DNA of 64,000 nucleotides, taken from Malacoraja senta (lineage: Eukaryota). Location of the stretch: assembly GCA_038087875.1 (NCBI GenBank), contig CM075988.1, positions 1,798,001 through 1,862,000 on the forward strand. The letters run 5' to 3'. A model generated the notes under the pieces. That model saw only the letters and a program-made list of their open reading frames with translations, was not told the DNA's origin and did not search any database. Positions 36,636 through 47,000 of the stretch are shown here, piece by piece. A program made the translations under genes and the position numbers. Each line of letters starts with the position of its first letter. The first letter of the stretch is position 1.

Positions 36636-37720
36636 AATGGCTCTGTCCCACGGGTTTGCGGTCGTTGCCGGTGAAGCGCGGCGTCGCCGGAAGAGGGGAC
36701 CGCACGGCAACCACGAGAGCGCTGCATGGATGCTGCGCGGGGGCCAAGTACGGCCGGTTCAACGAGCTTGTGATTTCGGCTGATGACGTCTTTCGGATCG
36801 CGGGGCTGTGGCGGCAGCCGTGCCGCACACGTGCTTCACTGGCGGCGGCTGTGGCGGTGCAGGGTTCGACTCACGGCGCTCGTGCCTCACTGGCGGAGGC
36901 TGTGGCGGTGCAGGGTTCGACTCATGGCGCTCGTGCCTCACTGGTGGCGGCTGTGGCAGCGGCCGTGCCGCACTCGTGCCTCACTGGCGGCGTCTGTGTG
37001 GTAGGAACATATTTTTGGACAGTGTTGGTTTTTTTTTAGCACCGTGCGGTGTTGGGAACAACGCCGCACGGCCCCGGAATTGTGCGTTTGACAGAGCCCG
37101 CGGTCTCTGGTGGCCCAGGAGCGGTAGATAGTTCCTGTTTCGCCGCCAATGACCGCAGACTCATGAGACAGGCCTTTAAAGGCTCTGTCTTACCTGTTTG
37201 TAAGACAACGGCGAGAGCGTCGAGCCTATCCACCGGAGCGCCGCACGGATGCTGCGCGGGGGCCGAGTTAATTCAAACACGGCGGGTCCCACGTGCTTGC
37301 GGTAAGTAAAAAAAAGGGCGGGCCGACTGCGATGACGTCGGCCCGCCGCACGTGACTCACCAGCGGCGGCTGTGGCGGCGGCCATCCTGATCGCGGCGCT
37401 GTAGCGGTGGCTGTGCCTGCGGCCGTGCAGCACACGTGCCTCACTGGCGGCGGCACGTGCCTCACTGGCGGAGGCTGTGGCAGTGGAGGTTTGATGCACG
37501 GCGCTCGAGCCACACTGGCGGCAGCCCGTGCGGGCGGCCGTGCCGCACTTGTGCATCACTGGTGGAGGTTGTGCGGTGAGTATATGGTTTTCGACATTGT
37601 CGATTTTATTTTAGCACCGCCGCACGGCCCGGGAATTGTACGTTCTCATGAGTGCGCGGTCTATGGCGGCAGATTCTTCCCGTTTCACCGCCAATGACCG
37701 CAGACTCGTGAGACAGGCCT
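36636..37720. mobile_element. Two head-to-tail Harbinger/PIF-type MITEs (~36636-37175 and ~37179-37720)
   Basis: Each unit runs GGCTCTGTC...GAGACAGGCCT, separated and followed by TTA; the two GC-rich bodies are related but diverged. Confidence 0.68.
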
Positions 37721-37766
37721 TTAACTCTCCGGGTTAAAAAGTCTTTCCTCATCCCAGTCCTAAATG

Positions 37767-38799
37767 TAGCAATGTTACAAAATTTTGAGATTTTAAAAAT
37801 CAAGTCTGTAATTTATCCCATCAGATAAAGCATAAAAAGAAGTTTAATTTGACACCTAATTCACTTTCATATCTTCAGTATTAAATAAGTTATGGCCATT
37901 TTCATACTCGGAAATTAGCATCTTGTTCCCTATTGCTTTTCCATTGACTTAACACAAAAGCTGTGATCGAGGACAGTCAAAAGCCCATAAATTACTTAAA
38001 AATTAAGAGAACTGAAAGAAATTTTCAGTTATTATAGATTGAAGCATTCTGAAACAAATATGAAACAATCTTACTTAGATGACATGAAATGAAAGCATAT
38101 AATTAGTTAGTTACCTAATTGTAGCTAATTACAAAATTCAATTACTAGATCTAAACATCTATCAATTTCTTAAGAATAGATTAACATTTTTAAATAGCCT
38201 AAGTGTCCAAATAACATTCATACAAGAATTCACAATATAACATAATTTTTAAATCTCATTGTCATGGATTTATAGGCCAAATGGAAGGAATTTAATGTTT
38301 AATACCTGTAAGTTAATGGCCATTTAAATCATCTTGCGAGTGGGTTTTTCTGGAACGCGATCATTTGGAACGTTGCGGTTGCGGTGAATTTAAACCCGTA
38401 TCGGCATGAAAAATATTGCCGGTTCGTTCGGGGAAAAAAATCACCGTTTCGCAACTTAAAATGTGAATTAAAGGCATCTTAAGGAGCACTTTTATACATA
38501 AAATAAACGGCTTTCGTTTACCTGTCCCGCGTGTGAAACCCGTCGGCGTTGACGGCTTTAGAAGCTGATTTTTAAATAACTCCAGCGCTGAAATTGTCGG
38601 GCGAATAAAAAAAAAAAAATACACAGAACGCCCGTCGGAACAATTCTTCAGCAAAAGCTTGCACTCCAACGAAATATAATCCAGGACAAGGTAGGAGAAA
38701 CCCACGTTTTAACCCCGCCCCCCCAAAGGCGCCAAAATCGCGCACACGGCCAGTGGCAGAATTGCAGCGCCGCTGAAGGTAAGTATTGTAACATACCTA
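37767..38799 (-). mobile_element. TAG...CTA DNA transposon (copy 2)
   Basis: Reverse-complement homologue of 34444-35692; CTAAATG at 37760-37766 and 38800-38806. Confidence 0.88.
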
Positions 38800-39964
38800 C
38801 TAAATGGCCTACCCCTTATTCTTAAACTGTGACCACTGGTTCTGGACTCCCCTAACGTCGGGAAAAAATGTCTGCATCTAGCCTGTCCAATCCCTTCAGA
38901 AATGTATATGTTTCTATAAGATCCTAAATAAGACATTAAATGTAACATCTCTAAGTTTAAATGTAACATCTCTATGTTTGCGGATGACCAGAGACGGAAA
39001 CTGCTGTCAAAACATGGAGGGAACCCGGGACAGGGGGGGCACAATTTCTTGGCGGCCACTCACACACACAAGCGATGAATCGGAAGCTTCAGCCGTGCGC
39101 CCTGTGAACGGTAATTAGCTCAGGATTCTTCCAGTTTCCAGCCTGTGGATGCCTCTACTACGGGGCCGTTACCGTTAGAATGCGTCAATTAGTGTAGATC
39201 TGTACCACACTGGACATCATGCTGGACATCATAATATAGGACAGGACACGTCCTGTCCTATATTATGTTGTCCACTGTCCAGCATGATGTCCAGTGTTTT
39301 TTAAATCTGTGGTAGCTCTAGTATGGAAATTCCTGTTTCGCCGCCAATGACCGCAGACTCGTGAGACAGGCCTTTAAAGGCTCTGTCTTACCTGTTTGTA
39401 AGACAACGGCGAGAGCGTCGAGCCTATCCACCGGAGCACCGCACGGATGCTGCGCGGGGGCCGAGTTAATTCAAACACGGCGGGTCCCACGTGCTTGCGG
39501 TAAGTAAAAAAAAGGGCGGGCCGACTGCGATGACGTCGGCCCGCCGCACGTGACTCACCAGCGGCGGCTGTGGCGGCGGCCATCCTGATCGCGGCGCTGT
39601 AGCGGTGGCTGTGCCTGCGGCCGTGCAGCACACGTGCCTCACTGGCGGCGGCACGTGCCTCACTGGCGGAGGCTGTGGCAGTGGAGGTTTGACGCACGGC
39701 GCTCGAGCCACACTGGCGGCAGCCCGTGCGGGCGGCCGTGCCGCACTTGTGCATCACTGGTGGAGGTTGTGCGGTGAGTATATGGTTTTCGACATTGTCG
39801 ATTTTATTTTAGCACCGCCGCACGGCCCGGGAATTGTACGTTCTCATGAGTGCGCGGTCTATGGCGGCAGATTCTTCCCGTTTCACCGCCAATGACCGCA
39901 GACTCGTGAGACAGGCCTTTAACTCTCCGGGTTAAAAAGTCTTTCCTCATCCCAGTCCTAAATG

Positions 39965-40995
39965 TAGCAATGTTACAAAATTTTGAGATTTTAAAAATCA
40001 AGTCTGTAATTTATCCCATCAGATAAAGCATAAAAAGAAGTTTAATTTGACACCTAATTCACTTTCATATCTTCAGTATTAAATAAGTTATGGCCATTTT
40101 CATACTCGGAAATTAGCATCTTGTTCCCTATTGCTTTTCCATTGACTTAACACAAAAGCTGTGATCGAGGACAGTCAAAAGCCCATAACTTACTTAAAAA
40201 TTAAGAGAACTGAAAGAAATTTTCAGTTATTATAGATTGAAGCATTCTGAAACAAATATGAAACAATCTTACTTAGATGACATGAAATGAAAGCATATAA
40301 TTAGTTAGTTACCTAATTGTAGCTAATTACAAAATTCAATTACTAGATCTAAACATCTATCAATTTCTTAAGAATAGATTAACATTTTTAAATAGCCTAA
40401 GTGTCCAAATAACATTCATACAAGAATTCACAATATAACATAATTTTTAAATCTCATTGTCATGGATTTATAGGCCAAATGGAAGGAATTTAATGTTTAA
40501 TACCTGTAAGTTAATGGCCATTTAAATCATCTTGCGAGTGGGTTTTTCTGGAACGCGATCATTTGGAATGTTGCGGTTGCGGTGAATTTAAACCCGTATC
40601 GGCATGAAAAATACTGCCGGTTCGTTCGGGGAAAAAAATCACCGTTTCGCAACTTAAAATGTGAATTAAAGGCATCTTAAGGAGCACTTTTATACATAAA
40701 ATAAACGGCTTTCGTTTACCTGTCCCGCGCGTGAAACCCGTCGGCGTTGACGGCTTTAGAAGCTGATTTTTAAATAACTCCAGCGCTGAAATTGTCGGGC
40801 GAATAAAAAAAAAAATACACAGAACACCCGTCGGAACAATTCTTCAGCAAAAGCTTGCACTCCAACGAAATATAATCCAGGACAAGGTAGGAGAAACCCA
40901 CGTTTTAACCCCGCCCCCCCAAAGGCGCCAAAATCGCGCACACGGCCAGTGGCAGAATTGCAGCGCCGCTGAAGGTAAGTATTGTAACATACCTA
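39965..40995 (-). mobile_element. TAG...CTA DNA transposon (duplicate of copy 2)
   Basis: Same flanks as 37767-38799; lies within the tandem duplication. Confidence 0.88.
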
Positions 40996-42457
40996 CTAAA
41001 TGGCCTACCCCTTATTCTTAAACTGTGACCACTGGTTCTGGACTCCCCTAACGTCGGGAAAAAATGTCTGCATCTAGCCTGTCCAATCCCTTCAGAAATG
41101 TATATGTTTCTATAAGATCCTAAATAAGACATTAAATGTAACATCTCTAAGTTTAAATGTAACATCTCTATGTTTGCGGATGACCAGAGACGGAAACTGC
41201 TGTCAAAACATGGAGGGAACCCGGGACAGGGGGGGCACAATTTCTTGGCGGCCACTCACACACACAAGCGATGAATCGGAAGCTTCAGCCGTGCGCCCTG
41301 TGAACGGTAATTAGCTCAGGATTCTTCCAGTTTCCAGCCTGTGGATGCCTCTACTACGGGGCCGTTACCGTTAGAATGCGTCAATTAGTGTAGATCTGTA
41401 CCACACTGGACATCATGCTGGACATCATAATATAGGACAGGACACTTTCAAGCAGCTTGTCCTGTCCTATATTATGTTGTCCACTGTCCAGCATGATGTC
41501 CAGTGTTTTTTAAATCTGTGGTAGCTCTAGTATGGAAATTACAGTATGAGCTATTAAAACCAAGCAATATATAAATGATCTGCATTATATGCAACCTAAA
41601 ACTTTGTATTCTTTGTATTCTTGGATGTATTAAACATTTGTTTCCCCAATTACCAGCTGTAAAAATAGAGGGTGTCAATGAGTTAATAAAATTGCTTTAT
41701 AATCTGCAGAAGCATTTGGTCTCTGTAATTGTGTGTTTTGTTGCCTTTGGCTCGAAGGGCCAAATGGCCTCCTCCTGCACCCATTATCTATGTTTCTATG
41801 CAACTGTCATGCACGAAATTTTGTTCAGACTTTGAATAACAATAAAGGAAATTCAATTCAATTCAATTCAATCTACAGGTGGAGATTCCCTCCCTCTATT
41901 TGGAAATGATTCATGATGGAAATCATACATTCATAACTTCAAGACACAATCTGAATTCAATTGTATTCAATTTTTGTCAAATACTTCATGTAACGCCAAA
42001 TCTGATTACAACAGTAAGGTCCCTGTCACGAGATGAGAGGGGTTGAAGCAGTGTTGTAAGGTTGCCATCACAGTCATCTTTCCCACGTAACGGCAGACCT
42101 TGCTGGGTCAGATACTGCAGCGTTTCAATTATCTGCATTAGGGATCTCTGTGCCAGTATCTGTCCTTGGCATAATTGTTTGCTCAGCTGGGCATTAATGT
42201 CACATGCCTTGTTGCGGTGAAGCAAGTTTGCACTGGCAATTTTGTGGCATTCAGACTTTTGATGAACTTGGAATTTTTCAATGCCTTTTTTCCAGTTCTT
42301 AAAACCGCGCGAGATAAATGTTTGCTCCTTGAATTTTGACATTTTCATCAAGTCTTGTTCTGATGCTACTGCACAGGTATGACACAATACACCATTTGGT
42401 TCAACATGGAGCCATGGAAACTCTTTAAACCAATTTGCCTGAAACTTACGAGATCTA

Positions 42458-44075
42458 CAGTGGCTTGCAAAAGTATTCATACCCCTTGAACTTTTCCACA
42501 TTTTGTCACGTTACAACCACAAACGTAAATGTATTTTATTGGGATTTTATGTGATAGACCAACACAAAGTGGTGCATAATTGTGAAGTGGAAGGAAAATG
42601 ATACATGGTTTTCAAATTTTTTTACAAATAAAAAACTGAAAAGTGTCGCGTGCAAAAGTATTCAGCCCCCCTGAGTCAATACTTTGTAGAACCACCTTTC
42701 GCTGCAATTACAGCTGCAAGTCTTTTGGGGTATGTCTCTACCAGCTTTGCACATCTAGAGACTGAAATTTTTGCCCATTCTTCTTTGCAACATAGCTCAA
42801 GCTCAGTCAGATTGGAAGGAGAGCGTCTGTGAACAGCAATTTTCAAGTCTTGCCAGAGATTCTCAATTGGATTTAGGTCTGGATTTTGACTGGGCCATTC
42901 TAACACATGAATATGCTTTGATCTAAACCATTCCATTGTAGCTCTGGCTGTATGTTTAGGGTCGTTGTCCTGCTGGAAGGTGAACCTCCGCCCCAGTCTC
43001 CAGTCTTTTGCAGACTCTAACAGGTTTTCTTCCAAGATTGCCCTGTATTTGGCTCCATCCATCTTCCCATCAACTCTGACCAGCTTCCCTGTCCCTGCTG
43101 AAGAAAAGCATCCCCACAGCATGATGCTGCCACCACCATGTTTCACAGTGGGGATGGTGTGTTCAGGGTGATGTGCAGTGTTAGGTTTCTGCCACACATA
43201 GCGTTTTGCATTTAGGCCAAAAACTTCAGTTTTGGTCTCATCTGACCAGAGCACCTTCCTCCACATGTTTGCTGTGTCCCCCACATGGCTTGTGGCAAAC
43301 TGCAAACGTGACTTCTTATGGCTTTTTTTCAACAATGGCTTTCTTCTTGCCACTCTTCCATAAAGGCCCGATTTGTGGAGTGCACGACTAATAGTTGTCC
43401 TGTGGACAGATTCTCCCACCTGAGCTGTGGATCTCTGCAGCTCCTCCAGAGTTACCTTGGGCCTCTTGGCTGCTTCTCTGATCAATGCTCTCCTTGCCCG
43501 GCCTGTCAGTTTAGGTGGACGGCCATGTCTTGGTAGGTTTGCAGTTGTGCCATACTCTTTCCATTTTCGGATGATGGATTGAACAGTGCTCCGTGAGATG
43601 TTCAAACCTTGGGATATTTGTTTATAACCTAACCCTGCTTTAAACTTCTCCACAACTTTATCCCTGACCTGTCTGGTGTGTTCCTTGGGCTTCATGATGC
43701 TGTTTGTTCACTAATGTTCTCTAACAAACCTCTGAGGCCTTCACAGAACAGCTGTATTTATACTGAGATTAGATTACACACAAGTGGACTCTATTTACTA
43801 ATTAGGTGACTTCTGAAGGCAATTGGTTGCACTGGATTTTATTTAGGGGTATCAGAGTAAAGGGGGGCTGAATACTTTTGCACGCGACACTTTTCAGTTT
43901 TTTATTTGTAAAAAAATTTGAAAACCATGTATCATTTTCCTTCCACTTCACAATTATGCGCCACTTTGTGTTGGTCTATCACATAAAATCCCAATAAAAT
44001 ACATTTACGTTTGTGGTTGTAATGTGACAAAATGTAGAAAAGTTCAAGGGGTATGAATACTTCTGCAAGCCACTG
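42458..44075 (-). mobile_element. Full-length Tc1-family transposon (Passport-like, IR/DR type)
   Basis: TA TSD at 42456-42457 and 44076-44077; ~213-bp near-identical TIRs starting CAGTGGCTTGCA(A/G)AAGTATTCA with an internal repeat of GCAAAAGTATTCA. Confidence 0.97.
42676..43695 (-). CDS. Tc1-family DD34E transposase, uninterrupted 339 aa
   Basis: GRPPKL linker, WSDET, QQDND, PDLNPIE; 34 residues between the second D and E, counted by hand. Confidence 0.97.
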   Translation of the reverse strand: MKPKEHTRQVRDKVVEKFKAGLGYKQISQGLNISRSTVQSIIRKWKEYGTTANLPRHGRPPKLTGRARRALIREAAKRPKVTLEELQRSTAQVGESVHRTTISRALHKSGLYGRVARRKPLLKKSHKKSRLQFATSHVGDTANMWRKVLWSDETKTEVFGLNAKRYVWQKPNTAHHPEHTIPTVKHGGGSIMLWGCFSSAGTGKLVRVDGKMDGAKYRAILEENLLESAKDWRLGRRFTFQQDNDPKHTARATMEWFRSKHIHVLEWPSQNPDLNPIENLWQDLKIAVHRRSPSNLTELELCCKEEWAKISVSRCAKLVETYPKRLAAVIAAKGGSTKY

Positions 44076-47000
44076 TACATTTCAAATTCTGTATTGGCAA
44101 AGAAGAAAGGTCTCTAGGATGGTTGGGTTTCTTTAGCAATGAAATTGTCAGTGGAGCTCCTGCAGAGGGAGATGTCAAAGAAGTCCCTACATGTATGAAA
44201 CAAGGTGGTTCATCATTCCTGTCTGACGAGGACAAAGAATTATCAGCTGGGAAAACTTCATTTCCACATGGACTACCACTGGTCAACACTGGAGTGTCTG
44301 GTCTAGTAGCTGACGATGACAAAACGGGACTACCTGGTGGTGCAGATGTCATGGCTGGATTTCCTGATCTGGTTGGTGTCATGAATGGACTTTCTCGTCT
44401 CGGTGGAGATGTCACGCCTGGACTTCCTGATCGGATTGGAGACGTCTTGACGGGACTTGTAGCAGATGTAGTAACCGGACTTTCTGGTCTGTTTGTAGTT
44501 GTGTTGGTTGGACTGGTACTGGTAGCATAGGATGACAAGGCCACACTGCCTGGACTGTGAGTGGAAGGAGATGAACAATAATTGATACAAAAAATTCAAT
44601 CATTCAAGATAGTAAACAACAAAGGTGATTTAAACTGCAGCGATATCATGTAGTCACTTTTCGAGAAAACCCCACCGCCCAAGTCCATTTAATTCCGCGT
44701 GTCTCCATTTCATTCATTAAGTCGCCGGTACTGTCACATCGTTCGTTTTCGGTCAATACAAAGGAACAGTCTGAAGAAGGGCGACGATAGACACAAAAAG
44801 CTGGAGTAACTCAGAGGGTCAGACAGCATCTCTGGAGAGAAGGAATGGGTGATGTTTCGGATCGCGACTTTCCCGGTTGCTACCTGGAACCTACCTAATC
44901 TAGTTGAGGTAAACCAGCATCTGCAGTTCCTTCCATTGTACAACAGAACAGTACAAGGAGTGGTTAATGTTAGAGGCTGCTCACTAACCTCACTATGTTT
45001 ACATCGTCCTCTCTAGCAATGAATAAATATAATTCGGTTACCGTATTATTGACTACAACCGCCCGTTTAAAATGACTGCTCTTTAATTCTCAACCACTGG
45101 ATATTTGCCTGGAAACATATTGCATGTTTTCGTTCAGTGAGATAATTCAATTTTAATAGACAGGTGTTAAATCCGGCACCATTTCACAACAAACTAAACG
45201 ACCTATAATTTAAATAGAGCATTTAGGATCGATAATAAAATTCCCAAGTCTATTTCACATATATAATTCCAGCACCACTTCACACTGAGCTTTCCTTGAT
45301 GTTGTTTGGATAAAACACTGTTTGACATAATTTGAAGTTTTGAAATTAATCCTCGCAGCCTAATGTACACTTTGGGCTAAGATTTGATCCAACATTGCTA
45401 ATGTCACCGTATTCTTTCTCAACCAGGTAGAGGTAAAAGGCGTTTAAAAAAAAAATGGGTAGCAACATGGATACACAGAACATGGAATAGAAAACAGTAT
45501 AGCAACGGAACGGGCCCTTCGGCCCACAATGTTTGTGCTGAACATGATGCCAAGTCAAACTGATCACATCTACCTGTACACGACCCATAAATCTTCCCGC
45601 ACAACCCTGTACCTATCTAGAAGCCTATTGAACGCAATTATCGTCTCTGCCTTCACCTGTTAGCGTCCTGCATGACAATGATTCCACAGCTATTTACACC
45701 ACGTTTCCCACGTCATTTTCAGCTGGGACGGGAGCTTACTATCTGGAGAAGATCCTAGTGAAGGCACCGATTCCAGCGGCACCTGTACGATCATACTCCA
45801 ATACCAGAATTAATGTACGTCCACCATATTTCGATCCGGTTCTCACGGAGATCCCAACAGCAGCAGATTCCCCCACTAATTCCCCAGTGCAACAGCAGGA
45901 ACCCCTGCAGGAGCCTTCACTTTACCAGCCTGACCAATGGCTCTTTCCCCATCTGTTGCTAGATGGCTAACAGATGGGAATCTTTGCTTATATAACATTA
46001 CACTGCGAGGTTCATTGACAGAATCAAAACACAAAACATTGGAACTTTCCGCCCACAAGTTCTGTCCTCGCATTTACATCAATATTTACAAGTGTGAATT
46101 GTTAGTTTACGATTGTGTCTGTGTTTAAATTGTCATGTCAACTTTTTTATTTCCCCCAAATTATTACAGAGGCGAATAAAAATACATTGGAAAACCTGAA
46201 CATAATAGTTGCGCTTTCTCGCCAATTTTAAATTTAGTCAGCTATAGCTCGACTTCTTTAGAACATCGATATTTCACTTAGAAGTTAAAACTGGAAAGTT
46301 TGTGTTTAAAAGCTGGTTATATTACAAAGTTCAAATTGTTAAATCATTGAAAATTTGCCAGAAGTTAAGTTTCAATTAGTAAATATGATTTCTGTTATTT
46401 TTATGACAAGTTTATCTAATGCACTTAAAACGCCGAAGGGAACTTTGACCCTAAAATGTACATTGGAATGAAGTTTGTTTCCTATCATTAATTGCAAACT
46501 GTAGAGCCGATGAACGTCGCAAGCCTCTGTAATGATATAAGTGCAAGTCCCAGGTAAACTATATGATTAAGTAGCATTCTTTCATGGATGGTATCACTGA
46601 ATAAGAACGGGCTGCTCACACATAATATGGTAGATTATCTGCAATTTCTTCCATGCAATAATATTCACACAAAATATTAAAGTGAAATGAGAAAAGATAG
46701 GTAGTTGAGATCAGCACTTAAAATATACCTTTTGGAAACTGGTACCCGCATGAAAAATGAATGCAGTGTTCTTTGTTTCTCCTTTTGAAATGAAGTATTG
46801 TCTGGATGCCTTCTCTTCAAACATCTCCGCATTGGACCGTCGGACATTTCGATGTTCACAAATCAGCCTCCACAAGTTCAAATGATAATTGTGCTCGCGC
46901 CTGACATTTTAAATGCATCTCCCATTAATTTAATTCAAAGGAACGCATCATACTTGAAGCAAGGTCAGTTCATACAATTATATTATGAGGATTAATGAAT

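Larger units (their letters stand above)
37132..41540 (+). repeat. ~2.2-kb near-identical tandem duplication
   Basis: 37132-39331 is repeated at 39330-41540; about ten substitutions/short indels seen by eye, plus a 13-bp indel. Confidence 0.96.
41986..46847 (-). pseudogene. Spliced hAT transposase N-terminal part (TTF-type zinc finger, start of DUF4371-like domain), disrupted by Tc1
   Basis: Exon 1 46847-46729 (KQRTLHSFF); GT-AG intron 46728-44555; exon 2 44554-44076 plus 42455-41986 (RKFQANWFKEFPWL...CHTC...GFKNWKKG...HQKSECH...LPLRG). Confidence 0.78.

Noticed and set aside
38922..38988. Twin-priming inversion of a CR1
   Set aside because: The geometry fits, but I could not find a TSD or show both parts are one subfamily; two independent fragments are equally possible.
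41986..42455. Host ZMYM1-like gene exon
   Set aside because: Lies within hAT TIRs and an 8-bp TSD, is truncated and Tc1-disrupted: a transposase remnant.
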